IMG/VR virus record: IMGVR_UViG_3300048597_000634
Coordinates: 1-64,000 of that record
Length of the DNA stretch: 64,000 bases
Direction: 5' to 3' (one strand)
Shown: positions 35,305 to 50,300 of the stretch, piece by piece
How the letters are laid out: each line of letters opens with the position of its first letter
How positions within the stretch are numbered: the first letter of the stretch is position 1
Program-made: the position numbers and the translations under genes
Notes under the pieces: generated by a model
Told to the model about the DNA's origin: nothing
What the model saw: the letters and a program-made list of their open reading frames with translations, nothing else
The model's database searches: none

Positions 35305-38300
35305 TTAAGCAGATAGTTCATCGTAGGTAGATATAGCATTTTGGTCGCCTTCTACAATCTGTAGGTATTCGTCTGTGTCTAAGGCAGTACCTACCAGTAA
35401 CTTATCGGGGCGAGCCACTTCATAAGTTAAAGAGGCACCAGTATCTGTATCTACCATACTGATTAAATTACCGTCATCAAGTTTTATCTCACCCGGGTCA
35501 CCTTCCCACATTTCATCAGTGACATCTGCTATGAAGTTAACTACCTGTGATGCTGCAGAAGCCGCCGCTGCTACCAACTCATTAGCAAAGTCATCTTCAG
35601 TGGCGCTATAGAAGCCGTGGTTAACCGGTCTGCCGCTAAGAACACCACCGACGACACGACCTAATAAGCCGGCGCCAATCTCAGTGACCATCCGACCTAA
35701 ACCAGAGTCACCTACAGTTAGTTCTTCTCCCAAGATAGGATTACCTTTGCGGTCTAAACCATGACCGCGGGCCATGTCTATGGCAGTACCGGCGCCGGCC
35801 GCTAAGCGACCCATACCTTGGTAAATAGTTTCATTAAGAACGCCGCGGGCTAATGCTTCGGTAGGTGAATCATAGTATCGGAAGTAATCCTTCATACGAG
35901 CCATTTGAAGGTTATCCGAAGCCCGGCGGACCTGAGCTAATCTAGCAGCACGGTCTTCCTCTGACTTACCATCCATCAACATCAAAGAGGACGCAGATTG
36001 CTCAAAGGTTCCAGAAGTAATGGCTGAAGAAAACACGTCTTGGACTAGTCCGCCTACTTGTTCAGTAATAGGTATATCACCCTGCATGGCAGCGAATAAG
36101 GTGGGTATAGCTAAGATACTGAGTGCCTCAGTAAAGCCATAGTTACGGCGCAGGGCCTGCTCTGTTTCATTTTGCTGACGGGCTATTTCCCTGTTTTGTC
36201 TATTCTCCCCAGCGTGGGTAATAGCTGTTTTAAGAGCTTGATGTTGTGCTGGTATTGATAAAGTTTCAGGATTAACCCGTCTTTGACCGAAGTCGTTATC
36301 AGTGCCTCCCGAGGTAGGTGTAGTTGGGGTAGGCATTGTCGTTACAACGGTTGGAGCCGGTCCAACTTCTTGTGTACGGAACTGCTCTAGTTGTTTACCT
36401 AGTATTTTACGTTCACCTGCGCTATCTACTCCCATATCCTGTAAGACCGATGTGGTGCCTTCTTTGTTAACCAAAGTAGTTAGCTGTTCTGCCGTTAACT
36501 CTTGGGTCATTCCTTTATCAGACAGACCTTTATTAAAGTCATCAGCCATATCTTGAGTGGCAACAAACCGGGGCTCTTTGTTGCTCGTAGCCCACTCATA
36601 GGCAGGGAGAGCGGCGTTAGCAGCAGCATCTAAGGCATGGCGCCCACTTTGGGATAAATCCTCTGGGTTTATACTGCCAAGTTCAATAGCATCTTGCATC
36701 ATGTCATTCCACTGAGCAACGTGACCTGTGAAGCCAGAACCAGAGGCTATAGCGTCTATTACCCCTGCTTGCATGAGGGCTTTAAGGACACCGGTTTGTA
36801 AGGTATTAGTCTCGCCATCGACCAGTAAATTGGCGGCGCTAAGACGACCTTCACCAGTCGTTAAGTCGACATCATCTCCACCATACCGAGCTAATTTGCT
36901 TGCTAGTTGCTGTCTACCGTCCTCTGTTTCTAATGCACTAGCATAGCCCTCAACAGTACCTACTTGACCTGCTATGTTCTGGTCAATGACGTCTTGTATT
37001 TGGTCTGGTAGGACGCCACCCATGGACAGGAATGACATAACGGCGCCGCCCAGTTTCGTATCAAACTCCTGGCCATCTCCTAACGAAGATGCGTAGGTTC
37101 TTACGGATTCTAAGACGTTAGTTAACCCAGTGGACATTGCCTGGGCTAGAGAAGCCTGGTTTAGTTTAGCGGAGTCAATACCTTGGGCCTGGGCGACCGT
37201 TTCACTGCCCATAGCTTCCATAGACTCAAATACTGTGAGGCTGGCTAGTTTTTGGGCGTCTATTAGAGCGTCTTTAACAGCGCCGAACTCTTCTGACTGA
37301 CCATCGGTTACTACACCTTGCACAGCTTGGTTTAGCTGTTTAGTTTTCATCATGACGTCCATAAGGTCGTCTGCCTGGTTACGGACAGTGACTTCCTGTA
37401 GGGTTCGGAAGGTAGTGGCAGCTACTTCGTTGACGCTGAGGTCTTGACCGGCAGCTTCGGCTTCAATAGCACTACGATTAGATGATAATTCGTTATAACG
37501 GTCGTTTAGTTCACCTGTCATGGTTGAGGTGAAGGCATCTGCTTCAGCGTCGGCGCCGTGGGTAGCTGTGTTCCAAGTCGAGAACGCGCCATCCGCCGCT
37601 GCTAGACGCCGGTTGACTTCCGTGGCTTTCTTACGTCGAGATTCTATTTCTCTAATTTGTCGTTCATGGTCAGACTTAGCATCTTCTACAGTCTCGAACG
37701 CCACTGACCTGCCCCTGTTTACATCGCGTAGTCTACTATCAGGGTCATTACTATTTAATAGTGCCAAGTCAGACCGTAATTTGGTCTCATTTTGCATTAT
37801 GCCTTCTGACCAAGTGCGGGCCTCTTCTATTGACCCAAAGGACTCGTCCGCGTTCCGACCCTTGTTTATAGCTGAGAGAGTATCTGCTTCTGTGCCGGAT
37901 TTAGACTTCTCTATGATGTCTAAGTAAGAAGTAGCGAGGTTTTCGTTAGCTGTAATAGTTAAGTCTTTGTCAGACACGCCGCTCATTCGAGTCAGTCTTC
38001 TGCGTAGTTCTGCTTGTATATTTTCAGGCCCAGAGCCCAGCAACGTAGAGGCGTCTACATCAGTTAGTCGTAAGTCAGGGTTTCTTTCTAGACCTAGTTT
38101 TCTGTTTAGGTCAGATAATGCCTTTTCCTTGGTACCGGCTTTAATCTTCGCGGCGGCGGCCTCTAACTGCCAATCTACATCTCCTGCCTCAATATCATTT
38201 ACTGTTAAAGCATCGTCACCACTGAGGTTAAACTTACGGTTATAAGCGTCTAACTTATCCTGCATTTGATAAGCAGCGTTTTTCCGTAGGATGGCGTCAG

Positions 38301-41300
38301 AATCTGCTGTACGAACAATCTTATAGGTTGGGTCTTGTGTTGGGTCAGTCTGTTCGTTAACTTGGACCTCCAAACCATGGGTGTATAAAGTCCGCTCAGT
38401 AGCCATTGGGTCAGTAGATTTAAAGTCATCTGCCACCGAGCTACCGCCGAGGAACTGAGACTGGAACTTACCGATTAAGTCGGCAATAGTGTTCTGAACA
38501 AAGGCGTCGTTGTCTATGTACCAACTACCATCTTGCTCAGATCTAAGGACTCGGTCAACCATCTCTGGTTTAATCCCTGCGCTCCGTAATGCCTGTTTCG
38601 CTGCATCAATGCGGTCAGTATCGCCACTGCTCTTACTAGCTAAATATTCTTTAACTTGGGCGTCATGGGTAGTTAAGCGCTCTGATAAGTCGTCTCTGGT
38701 TGCCTTTAGAGCGTCACTGTAGTGACCGGACTCCAGCATCTCTTCAGCTGTCATTGCGCGGCTACCAGTGTAGTCAGTTAGTAACTTCAACATACCGAAG
38801 GCGGTCATATCACCGTCTAGCTGAACACTATTGTTAGTACCTGCTTTGTCCCGTGAGTAGTTAAGCAGCTCACCGGCCCTAGCTCCTAAAAAGTCCTGGC
38901 TGATTATTTCCAGGTATTGTCTAGATACATCTTCCTCTGCCGCCGCTGGTTGCATCTGTAGCAATTTGTCATAGCCTTCTATGTTGGACCAGTCCTGTTC
39001 TTCCATACCGGCAATGCCTAGGCTTTTTATCTGCTGTACGGCACTATTGCTGAGCCTAAACTTGCTAGCCATCTCTACCAGACCGACCTTACCTTTAGGT
39101 TTAAGGGCTGCGTCCCGCAGGTATTGTTGGGTGGTTAACATAAAGCGGTAGGCTGTGGACGCTTTGGCCTCTTTACGGTCCATGCTTAGTTCCCAAGGCA
39201 CTCCGCTAGTATCCGTCATAGACCCTAAACTATCAGCTATAGCGCTAATGGTTTTAGCCAGGTCCACCTGAGGTATATTAGCATTAGTCTGCTGTAATTT
39301 CTCAATAGAATTGAGGAAGTCAGCGCGCACGGAGTCATTACTCATCATGCGATTCATGAGAGAGTCAGTCATCTGAGTAACTGCGCTGGGCACTACGGTG
39401 TTATAGACTTTACCGAGTAGTCCACCCCCAGTGGTACCCATGATGGACTGTATGGAACCTAAGTCAGCGGGGCTAATCTGACTACCAGCAACGTTACTAA
39501 ATATCTTGCTAGACGTAGTGATAGACATGAAGATGGCTTCGGATTGGTTTTGGAATTCCGCCACTTTTTTCATATAGTCATCTATAGACATCTTTTGCAT
39601 GTCTTCTATGACTTTCTGACGTACTGCTGCCTCATCTAGCGTGCTGCCACCTTTTATTCTTTGATGTATTTCTTCTTTTATTAAGGCTTGGTTCCACTGT
39701 TCAGCGGCGGCTACCATTTGATTGACGGTCATCGTGGTACCACCGCCGGCGCCGCCCCTACTGGCTTTCATACCTTCAACATCAAAACTAAGGCGCCCCT
39801 TGTCATCAATAGACACCTTATTATCTACCTCTTTAAGCCAGGCAAATGCCCCGACAGAGTTAGTGGTATCATCGGCGCGGTCACTGTAACCACTGATAGT
39901 GTCTCGATATTGCTTAACAGTTCCAGCTAACTCGTTATCATGTAGCCCGTATTGGTAGACGTCTTCACCTTGGGCATTAGTGACGTTATCTCCAAATAGG
40001 TAGGTAGGTAGGGCAAGGTAAGAAGACACATAGGACCGTAGACCTTTATAAGCTTTATCCCCTTTGACTTGTTGAGTCTCGCGGGCTTCACGGTTAATAT
40101 CCCGCAGGTCTTTGGTAGCTCGTTGGTTTAGCTCCTTAGCTTGCTTAGCCCTGCTATTAACTATATTTAGTTCTCTCTCTACCGTCCTTATTTTTTTGTC
40201 TATAGCATCTATTTCATTAAGGTCTTTAGGTTGTTTTGCTTGAGCTAGTTCTTTGCGAGCTACTAACTCCTTTAAAGCATTCTTCAACCGATTGGTACTG
40301 TCTTCAATAGTTTTAAGTTGTTCGTTAGTTTGAGCAATAGTGCTCTGGGCTTTAGTGATGCTACTAAGCGCTGCTTGGTATGAGTCGCCGTCGTAGTCCC
40401 CTAACCCCATGAATTGGAACCCGAAGGCACTAATCATCATCAGGGTATTATCAGCTGATTCATCGGGGGTGAAGAGGCTATTAACGAGTTGACCCCGTTT
40501 ACGCATCTCTTCCATGGTTACACCTTGTAAGGCACTTAGTGCAGAAGCAACGCCGCGGGGGCCTGCTGCTGAACCATATGGAGAACCTTGTCGACCTGCT
40601 ATGAGGTCAGACCGTAAGAAGTGGGCGTCTACCTTAGCAAGGATTTCATTACGGTTTTCTTTGGTTACTTCTTGACCAGTTATGAGTTGAAGTTCAACTA
40701 GGGTTCTAGACTTACCGCTGGACTCGTAGGCTTGTAAGAGTTCGACCTCAGTGAAGGTGCGGGCTTTACTGGAATCACCTTCACCTTCGGCGTAGGCCAG
40801 GGCGTAGTCAGACACCAACTTGTGCCACTTTTGTAGTTTCTCATATGCTTTATCTGCTGCTAGGGCATTAGATTTAGCTTTGGACAGCAAATCAGTTAAA
40901 AAGCTGTTGAAGGAGGTGCGCTGCTCCTTTAATGTCATACTTGTTTGCTCTTCAGTGCCTAACTCCAACAGCTGAATAACATGTGAGTCTAGTGTTTTAC
41001 CCTTACTTAGACTGTCAAAGGCTGAGATGATAGTAGACTTAGTGTCATCTGTAACAGTTAGTTCACCTTTTGTTATCTGGTCCCCACTGTATTTTAATAC
41101 CTTCAAAATGTCGTGTACTGTATCCCTATCTATGTCTTTGCCAGTCTTAGAAAAGGATAGTAGCTTGTCATACATAGCACCCATTTGACTTGCCTGGGCT
41201 ACTTTGTCTACCTGACTTACTCTTTGAGTACGCAGTGTTTTAGTCTGCTGTTTGACGCCCTTATCTAATTCTTTAAATCTACCAGAGATGTCATCGGCCA

Positions 41301-44300
41301 TTAATTTTCGGGCAACCTTAAACTCTTCTTGCTTACGCTCTGCCTTTTGTTCCGCCGTAACGTCTGCGTAGCTCTTAGCTTCTTCTAAAGGTACCTTGGC
41401 TTCTACTGGCGTCGACCTAGGTTTTTTACCTAGAGCTCTGTTTATAACTTCATAGGTACCGCTGACTAAACTATCAAAACTTACTTGACCTTCTCTGGTC
41501 TTTCTAGTTACGACCTTCTTCCCTTTATTTGACTTTCTGATATCTGAAGCACGCTGCGCTTTAGCCCGAGCTTTGTCTAACCAACTCTCTCCTATATAGT
41601 CATTATCAGTAAAAGATAGAATTTGCTGAACGTTACTAGACAGAAATGATTTCACCCTCTTATATAACTGTAAATCTACAGAGGCTGTATCCCCTTCAGA
41701 TGCTTCTATTTGTTTAATTAGTAGGTCTATATCTAGCGTTGCTTCGTTATATCTATCAGTGCCGAATAAACTAGAGCTGGCGTCACTACTCAACTTAGTT
41801 AGGTAATCCTTAACTTCATATATGACCGACGCCTGACTTTTAGAAATAGAAACATCAGTTACTGGGGCAACATAAGACCCAATACGCTTGCCTACTGCCT
41901 TCTTGGTGTCCGTTATGACAGCTATTTGTTTTTGTAGCTCTTGCGCCGCTTGTAAAGCATCTCTGCTTTTGGCCTCATCTGTTATGGCAAACTGGTTAGC
42001 GACATCGTTTTGAATCTTTAGCTTCTCCTGTAAACTCTCCAGATTCTCAGCCAAAGTACGGTCTTGCCCTTCCGGCGACATACCTAACATGTCATTCCAA
42101 CTTGACAACTCAGACTGCAAATAGGCTATCTTATCGGTGCCCTTTGTCTCAATCGCCTCCGCTAGTTGAGCTTCCAAGTTATGTTTTTCCTTATAGTGCC
42201 CGATTAAGAACTTACGTTGGTCTGGGTCAACCAACAAGTATTTTTCCATATCTCTATTTTTAGGTGCTACGTCCGCCATAAATCGTAGATAGCCGCCAGC
42301 AGTAGTAACCCCAGATGCAGAGTCAAACCGCTTACCCAACGCCACCTCAGTAGCTCCTACTAAGAAACTATTCATAGCGATGAATGAAGTACCCATCATG
42401 TTTAGACGGTTACCAGTCGCCTGACGGATACTGTTCTCGTTTTGGAGAATGCTAATAGCAGTGACCTTAGACATCATCATCGCCTCTTGTAGGTCTAATA
42501 GCTGCTGCCATTCCTCTTGGGTCACACTGGTTGTCTTATTTTGTTTTTCGCCCAAGTAAGAGGAAATCAAGCCGGCTTCAACCTTGTCTATTAAGCCCTT
42601 AGCGGCGGATAGTTTGGACACTAGATTTTGTTGAGCCTCTAACGCGTCATGACTGCTGTTCTGGAACAACAAAGACATCTTCTCTAAGACGTCGAGCCCA
42701 AGGATTAGACCAGTATCGCTAAAGCGTTCACCTTTGACGTTAGTGTGATGCCGCAGTCGTATCTTGCCTACTTCAAAGGAGTCTACGGCGTAGGAGGACA
42801 AGGATATAAACTGGGTCTTTTCTAGGCTACGTTTAAGGCTTAATAGCCGTTCTTGTTGGGCAGTAAGATTACCGCGGGGATTTAGATTACCAGCCCCTAG
42901 ACCTAATACAGTTTTGTACATGCTCTTCATACCTTCTAGGTATGCTGCGCCGCGGTCTTGTGATTGAGCGTGTTGTATCTTTTGGTATATGTTGCCACCA
43001 GGCGCCGCCATCCTAGCTATCTCATCTGCCTTTAAGAATTTATTAGCATCCTCAGAGCCGCCGCGCATAGCTATAGAGAACCAAGTATCAGTCTCTGTGG
43101 GTTGTTGGGCTGACATGTGGTCTAAGTAGCCAATGATGCCCCCCTCTCTTGCAGGTTGTAAATCTATTAGTTCTTTTCTTACCTCTTCTAATTCGCTTCT
43201 GGTTTTTTCACGATAATCTAAGCGTGCTTCTGTAGTTGGGACAGCGCCAGACCTTCTGTTCTTTTTAGTATTCTTAACTCTACCCGGTATACGACCTTCA
43301 TATGACCTATTCTGAGCTCTGTATTTATCGGTCAACACATTTAAAAGCCCATCTTCACCTACAAGTACTGCATCTATAACAGTCATTAGCTTTTCTGCAC
43401 TAAGCACATCGTTGCCTGTAGGGTTAGTTAGGCTACTCTCCATAAAAGCCAAGGACTTCGATATTTCGCCTACTTTAGTTTTATCAGCGCCTTTTATACC
43501 TATTACTTCTCTTGATATGCCTTTTAACTCACTAACAATGCGTAGTAGTGTTTTAGCATGTTTACCAGACGCGTCATATCTTACAGCGGAAGCGCCACGC
43601 AGTAACGCTGCATCTTCGTCACTCACACGCTCATTAAAGATACCGTCCTTTAATATCTCGTCTTTATTCCTGTCACCTTTTATCACCTCAGCTATGAAGT
43701 AATCTATCTGCTTCTTATAGGCGCTCTTCTCTGCTGCCAAAACCGCACTTATACGTTTAGCATCCTCCTCAGTCTGCCCTGACGCCATGGTGTAGCTAAG
43801 GTAATCATTTAACCCCGCCGATAATTCTTTAGTTACTCTCGCAACAGTACGCTGTCTAGTTATTCCAGCACTTAAACTGTCATACGTTAGGGTAGCTAAA
43901 GCCTTAGCTCGGTGCTCTAGTTCTGCCTCTGGGCTATCAAAATTCTTACCAGCGGGACCGTAGGCGATAGTGTTAATGCGCTGCATCATGTCTACTACGT
44001 CTGAGTCTCTCTTGCCGTCCTTAACACCGTCACTAACAAAGTCATATATATTTACACGGGAGAAGCCCACCTCGCTTTCTTCACCAGGTAGAGCGTTACG
44101 GTAAAGGCTATTGTAGTTAGCCAGGTAATCCCAGATGAATTGTTTAGACTGGGCGGCGGCACTCTGACCTTTAGGCTTACCTTTACGCTTAACCAACTTA
44201 TTAGTCTCATCTACTTCAACATCACCCCAGCGCCACTCGTTAATATTCATCAAGTCCATAGCCATCAGAGTCTCGCGCTGCTTGGCGTTAGGGATAGATC

Positions 44301-47300
44301 CGTAATAAGCCTTAGTAAGACTCATTAGGGCGTTTTGTACAGAGGTTAGGTCTGCAAATTCTTCTGGGGAGTAGGTATATTGTTTGAGTTGCCGTTCTGT
44401 CATAGAGCGGCTTAAGTGACCTTCAAGGGCTGTAGAGTCTTTACTACCTGCCGGGGTGCTAATCTTACTAAAATTAGTCTCCATTGGGATAGTTATGGTG
44501 CGGGCTTGCTGAATAGCCGCTGTAATACCTTCAAAGACAAGCTCTACTTCCTTGAGTGCTCTGTATTCGCCGTCAGTCAAAGCATCATCTGACTCACTGG
44601 ACTTAATTTTATTTAAGATGCCTTTTATCAGCTCTTGGCTGGGCAAAGAGTAACCCATACGCTGGGCTTGAACACGCATAGCATCTTGTATAACGGTGCC
44701 GCCCCGGTCTGCTAAACCACCATATGCCTCTACGGCACTATAGAAACCAATTAAGGCAGAGAAGCTGGAGCCCACAGGCTGGCTTTTAGCACGATCAGCG
44801 GTGTTTATGGTCTCTAACATGCCGGGCTGGAATGAGCTTAGTAACTTACCGAACTCAGAGTCAGAGGAAAAGTTGGTAATGCCAATTTCCCGTAGACGGT
44901 CTTCTAACTTCAGTAGTTGTGAGCCCATATCACTGCGTTTGATAACTATCCTACGCAGAGTGCTGTCAAATTTAGTCCTTAATGCCTTCTGTGCATCGCT
45001 AGCGAATTCGCCAGTTGAGGCGATCAAGTCATCTATGACGCTGCGGTGGGTCATATTTCCCTTAGTGATAGACTTAATAGCCTCAAGGTAGGGGTTATAC
45101 TCGCTCTTGTCTAAGTCTTGAATGTATTTATGCTGCTCACTTTGGTACATGGTCTGCATAGGGGACCATAGAGCAGTGGTAGCAAAACGTTTCTCTAAGT
45201 TAGTCTGTTGATTAAGCTCGGGTGACAAATCAAATCTACTCTTAGCTGTTCCAGCTCTAGTTAAGAAGCCATCTATGTCTAAGTCTTGATTAAGTATGCG
45301 GTTTACGGACTCCATATCACCGCCAGATATCTTATGGATTTCCCCAGCTATCAGGTATGCTTCCCTGCGCTTCATTTCTATTTGTCTTTGCCTTCTACCT
45401 TTCTTGTCTTCGTCGGCGCCTAAATTGAATAAGTTATTAAGGACAGTCAAGACAGAATCACGGGCAGCCTCATACTTCTTATCTACTTCTGCCAGACCCT
45501 CGTCGCCACGAATTAGGCTTAATGGAGAAGTAAAGAGACTCTGACCGCTGAGAATAACTTCACCCAAAGCTCGGGTTGTTCTTAATTGTTCTGGGGTCAA
45601 GTCCCGATAAATATCGGCGCTGGCTTTAGTCAAGAAGGATAATAACCCTACTGGCTTAGTATCAAAGTCTTCTATGATTACTCCGCCTCTAGACTTCTCA
45701 CTAAAGGTATAGTCAAGTAGACCTTTAGCTGCTCTTGTTAGGTTATCTCTAGCTTTTTGTACTTCTGTGTCTTTAGCGTCACCCAATGCGACAATAACTT
45801 GGTGTAATAAAGCAGACTCTACGCTTTCTGAGTCACTAGTCCACTTACCAAAACCACCTAAAGCGCTAAACATGGCTAAGGAAGCCGAACCAGGTGCACT
45901 AGAAAAGGTCTTAAACCCTTTACTGACATCTGTTTCTAACCCCATTAGGCTTTTCTTAGCTCTTAAAGAGGCGGCGTACTGCTTACCATCGCCGTTATTT
46001 AAAGTAGAGCTTAACCGGTCATAGAGCATAGCTAGGTTATTATCCCCACCTATGGTCTTAGCGTCGGCGTTAATAAAGAGCATCGACAGGGCTAGAGCTA
46101 CATTCATCCCACCACTAGTCTTATCTGTCAAGCGCTTATAGATACCGCTTTCTTGGCGGTCACTCAGCATCATCAAACCAATCTCAAAGTTGAAGGCTTT
46201 AACCTGAGAAGGGCTAATCATGGAGTAGATGTCTTCTGCGCTTACTTCTCTACTGTCATTACCAGACTTAACAGAGGAAGGCAGTAAGTTTATAGACTCT
46301 TGTCCCATTAGACCTCTAGCCGCCTCGAATAGGGCTAGCTGACCTCCTTTCATGGGACCTTTAGGGATAATCGAGCCGGCCCGCATACCACTCATAAAGT
46401 CTTCTACGTTGTAGAATCTGGTGTCTATGGTGGCAGTATTGCCGGACATGGAAGTGACTGTTACTTCCCCTAGGACACTGATAGAGTTCAGTTCATCGCC
46501 CGTAATAGCTGGTACCCGAAGCTGCATTGGCTGAGCGTGCCCTCCATCGTAGGACATAAAGCCCCACATCTTAAAGGCGGCGTCGCCGGGGTCTAGGTCA
46601 CCTACTTTAGCGCCGGTGGTGTTCACTGTTGACACCTCACCGACTTGGCGCCCGCCTTGATAGGCACCACGGTTTAACACATAGCCTACCTGACCTGTTT
46701 TATGGTCAGTTATAACCCGTATACCTTGGTTCTCTTCCCGGACCTTAGCCACCGCTCCTTTGTAGATAGCGTCTATCTGGGCGGCGTCTATGTCTTGGTC
46801 AATCTTTTTAAATGCGTCTATGATGCCAGCTCTAATTCCTTGTCTAGTTACAGCGCCCTCAGTGTCCACGTTGAAGTTAATAGCTGGCAGATTCTTAGCA
46901 ACGGCTACTTCTTTAATAGTCAGCTGTAGTTTTTCGTTTAGTTGCTTATTAAGGTCAGCGATTACCTTCGTGTGTTGAATAGTGGTATCCCTGGCAATGA
47001 ATACAGTACCGGGCTGTAGGTATTGTTGGACGGAACTTTGCAGTGCTGCTGGACCAATCATGCCGCCGCTGAGAGTGATGTTAGTCTGAACCGGGTGAGG
47101 TTTTAATAGCTTCATGCCGTATTCATACTCGGACCTTCTATACCCTGTGTTCTGGATGCCATAGTCGCTGAGTTGGGTAGCCCCGGCAATAAGAATGCTA
47201 AGGCGCGGGCGCTCACTACCCATATACCCCTTACCTACTGCTCTATCATCAATAGCTATCTCCTTAGCTATTTGGAGCATCATTGCCCGCTCTAAATCAT

Positions 47301-50300
47301 AAATCTTCTTCTTATCTACGCCCTTACGGGGGTCTCCCTCTCTAGCAAAACGCTCCTCCATCATCGCTATTAGAGCGTGATATTGTTGGGCTGGCATGCT
47401 ATCTAGTAACCGACCACCAATGATATCTTCAGGGGCATCAAGAAAGTTCTTCTTGCCACTACCCTTGCCAGCGTCGTAGTCAGAGTATTTACCGTTAAGA
47501 CCTAATGAATAGGAATAATCAATGAACTCCCTGCTTGCGTCATACATAGGCCTGGTGGACAGCAGGTTTTTCATCCGCTGCATGATTTGCTCAGTCTTGG
47601 CGTAGGGGAAGTAATAGAGCAGGTCGTATTCTTTAGCCTCCTCCTCTTCTTTAGTGCCAACTTCAGACCCGTACTTTGGATTAAAAGTTTGAGCTTCTAG
47701 CGCTTTAGTTACTTTATCGACGGCATCACCTTCTACGCCCATCTCTTTTAATAGACGTGCTGACCGTTCTTTATACCCTTTACGGTCTATAGCCTGTAAC
47801 GTAGGCATAGTGTTAGCTAGCCCTAGCATGCTATAGACAACTGGAGCGCCGCCTTGAATCTTAGTAAGACCGCCTATCTTCTCAGTAAAGGATTGGTGTT
47901 GTGCTCTACCTACAGCTTTTCCTACTGTGCGGAGATATTGCCCTCCGTCGGGTGAACCTAACATTTCACCATGGCTAAGAGGGTATGGGTTAAGAATAAG
48001 CCCCCCTATCCTACCGTCTACCAGGGAAGGGTCTATGCCTATACCAGGAGACACTAACCGGAATAAGTCCATAGTTTCCGGCGTAAGACCAACTACAGGT
48101 TTAGAGTGTAGGGATTGCCCATGGCTGTAGTTTTCTGTATGTGGTTGGGAATAGGCGTCTACTTGTCTAGAGTAAGATTCACTATAGCCAGAGGCTACGG
48201 TATCTCTGTAGATTTGCATGCCTACTGGGGTAGCACCGAAGGCTTGCATAATTATGTCGTTATAGCGCCCAGTGAAGCCTGAGGTATAGTCGCGGGCATC
48301 GTCTGGTCTTAACCCCACAGACTTCTCCATCATCATGCTGAAGTTATGGACTAGTCTACTTGCTAAGTCTTGGGCGTTAGCTTGTCTAGAGCCGGGGATG
48401 ATTTGGTTGAATAAAGTACCTATTTCACTGCCCCGCTGACGCATAACATCGGATTCAGGGCCGGAATAACGTGGGATTATGTCTGATTGTCCAGACACGC
48501 CGGCTAAATCACGCTGCAGCAGTGTTAATACACCCTCAAGATTACCTTCCTTCTGTATGAGGTTAAGTAAAGACCCTAGACCTTGTTCTCTAGCAACCAG
48601 TACCTTGTGTATTTCTGAGTCTGGTGTAGAATCACCGTGCTTGTTATATAGGTAAAGACTAGACACTCTATCAGCCAGGGTACCTTCTAAAGCCTTCTTC
48701 ATCACATCTGACCCTAGTGCTTCGTAAGTATAGGCAATACCCCGCACTTTAGTCTCGTAATTCATGCTGGTACGCATAGTACTGAGGAAGCCGCCTAATA
48801 CGTCTAAGGCGTTGGCTTCATAGCTGCCTTGTGGTCCTAACTGAGCGTTCTCTACTGTGCGGTCTATTTCGTTGTAGCGGATGAAGTTGAACGTGCTGTC
48901 AGTAGCGTTTTCAAAGACCGCCCCGGTTAGGAATCGCTGGGTCTTGTTAATGTAGACCATGGGGCTTTCTATTACTGTCATAGCGCCGCCCGGTCCAGAC
49001 TGAACTGACTTCCGCTCAGACCCAATAGTCAAGCCAATAGAGTAGTCTTTAGCGCCCATATTAGGCTGGGCAATGCTTATTTTTAGTCCAGTAAGACGGT
49101 AGCCGGTGGAAGACTTGGTATCTAAGATATATTCTTTTTTGTATCGGAAGGGCGCGGCTGAGGCGTCATCTGCAGTAGCCTCTTTACCACCCATCCTTTC
49201 TATCATCTCTATCGCACTGTTAACAAACTCAGCCTTACCCTTTTGTTGTACTTGGGTGCCCTGATATCGGTGCCTCAAGCTTTGTCCATAGCGCCCTAAT
49301 ACACCACCAGAGTCGGGCTTTTCTTCATCAAACCTACCAATACCGTAGAAGTAATTATTCTTAATACGTTGCTGGTCTGCAGCGGATAGTAGTCCTAAAG
49401 AGTCACCGCGGAAGAAAGCAGATACTTCGATGTTATCTGTGGTGCTTTCCCTATCTCTGGGTTTTAAGGCTTTCTCACTGAAGTTAGCGGAGCCGAGAGT
49501 ATATTCCAGTAGGTCGCCGGCGGCACTGAACATGGCCATAGACTTACTGTGCATATACTGCGTAGGCATCAACGTAAATGCACTTTCACCACGCGCACCT
49601 GGTTTTAATAAAGACTCGACAAGGTCGTATCTCTTCTGTTGTCCTTCGTCTAGGGTACTACGGTTTACTTTAGAGAACTTATCAAGTAGGTCAAATAGCC
49701 CTTGATTAGACCCCATACTGGAGCCAGACACTCCTATCTTGAGGTTGCCCTTTGATGCTAGTTTTTGAAGGTTTTCTATGTCAGCGCCGTCAAATAGCGT
49801 ATCTTCAAACTTACCACCCCGACCTATAAGAGCTTGCTCAAAGTATTGAGCAGTGATGACCAGCTTATTAGAGTCTTCAGCAGCAGTCTTAAACATGCGG
49901 CTAAATTGCCCCTTAATCTCTTGATTGGCGAAAATAGTGCGGTTCTTCTCATTTACGCCTGCTGCCGATGCACTTTGTATGTTTTCCCTAAAGCGCTGAA
50001 AGAAACTAGTCGAAGCTGATATATCAGAGAGACTAGTAATAGCTGTGTTGTTACTTATTTGGTCTCTGGTTACTTTAATGAGAGCATCGGCCGCTGCTTT
50101 AATCTCAGATGACACGCGGTTAAAAGACCCCAACTTGTCCTCATCTACCGGTCTATTAATTAAGACTAAGTCTTCTACTGTATTTGACTTAGCTAGGGTG
50201 TTAGTTAAGTTCTGCGTGCTGATGAAGAAAGACTCGATCTGCTCAGTTTTAGCGACAAGCTTACCCTCTTCATCTATAACTCTTTTATTTTCATACCAGT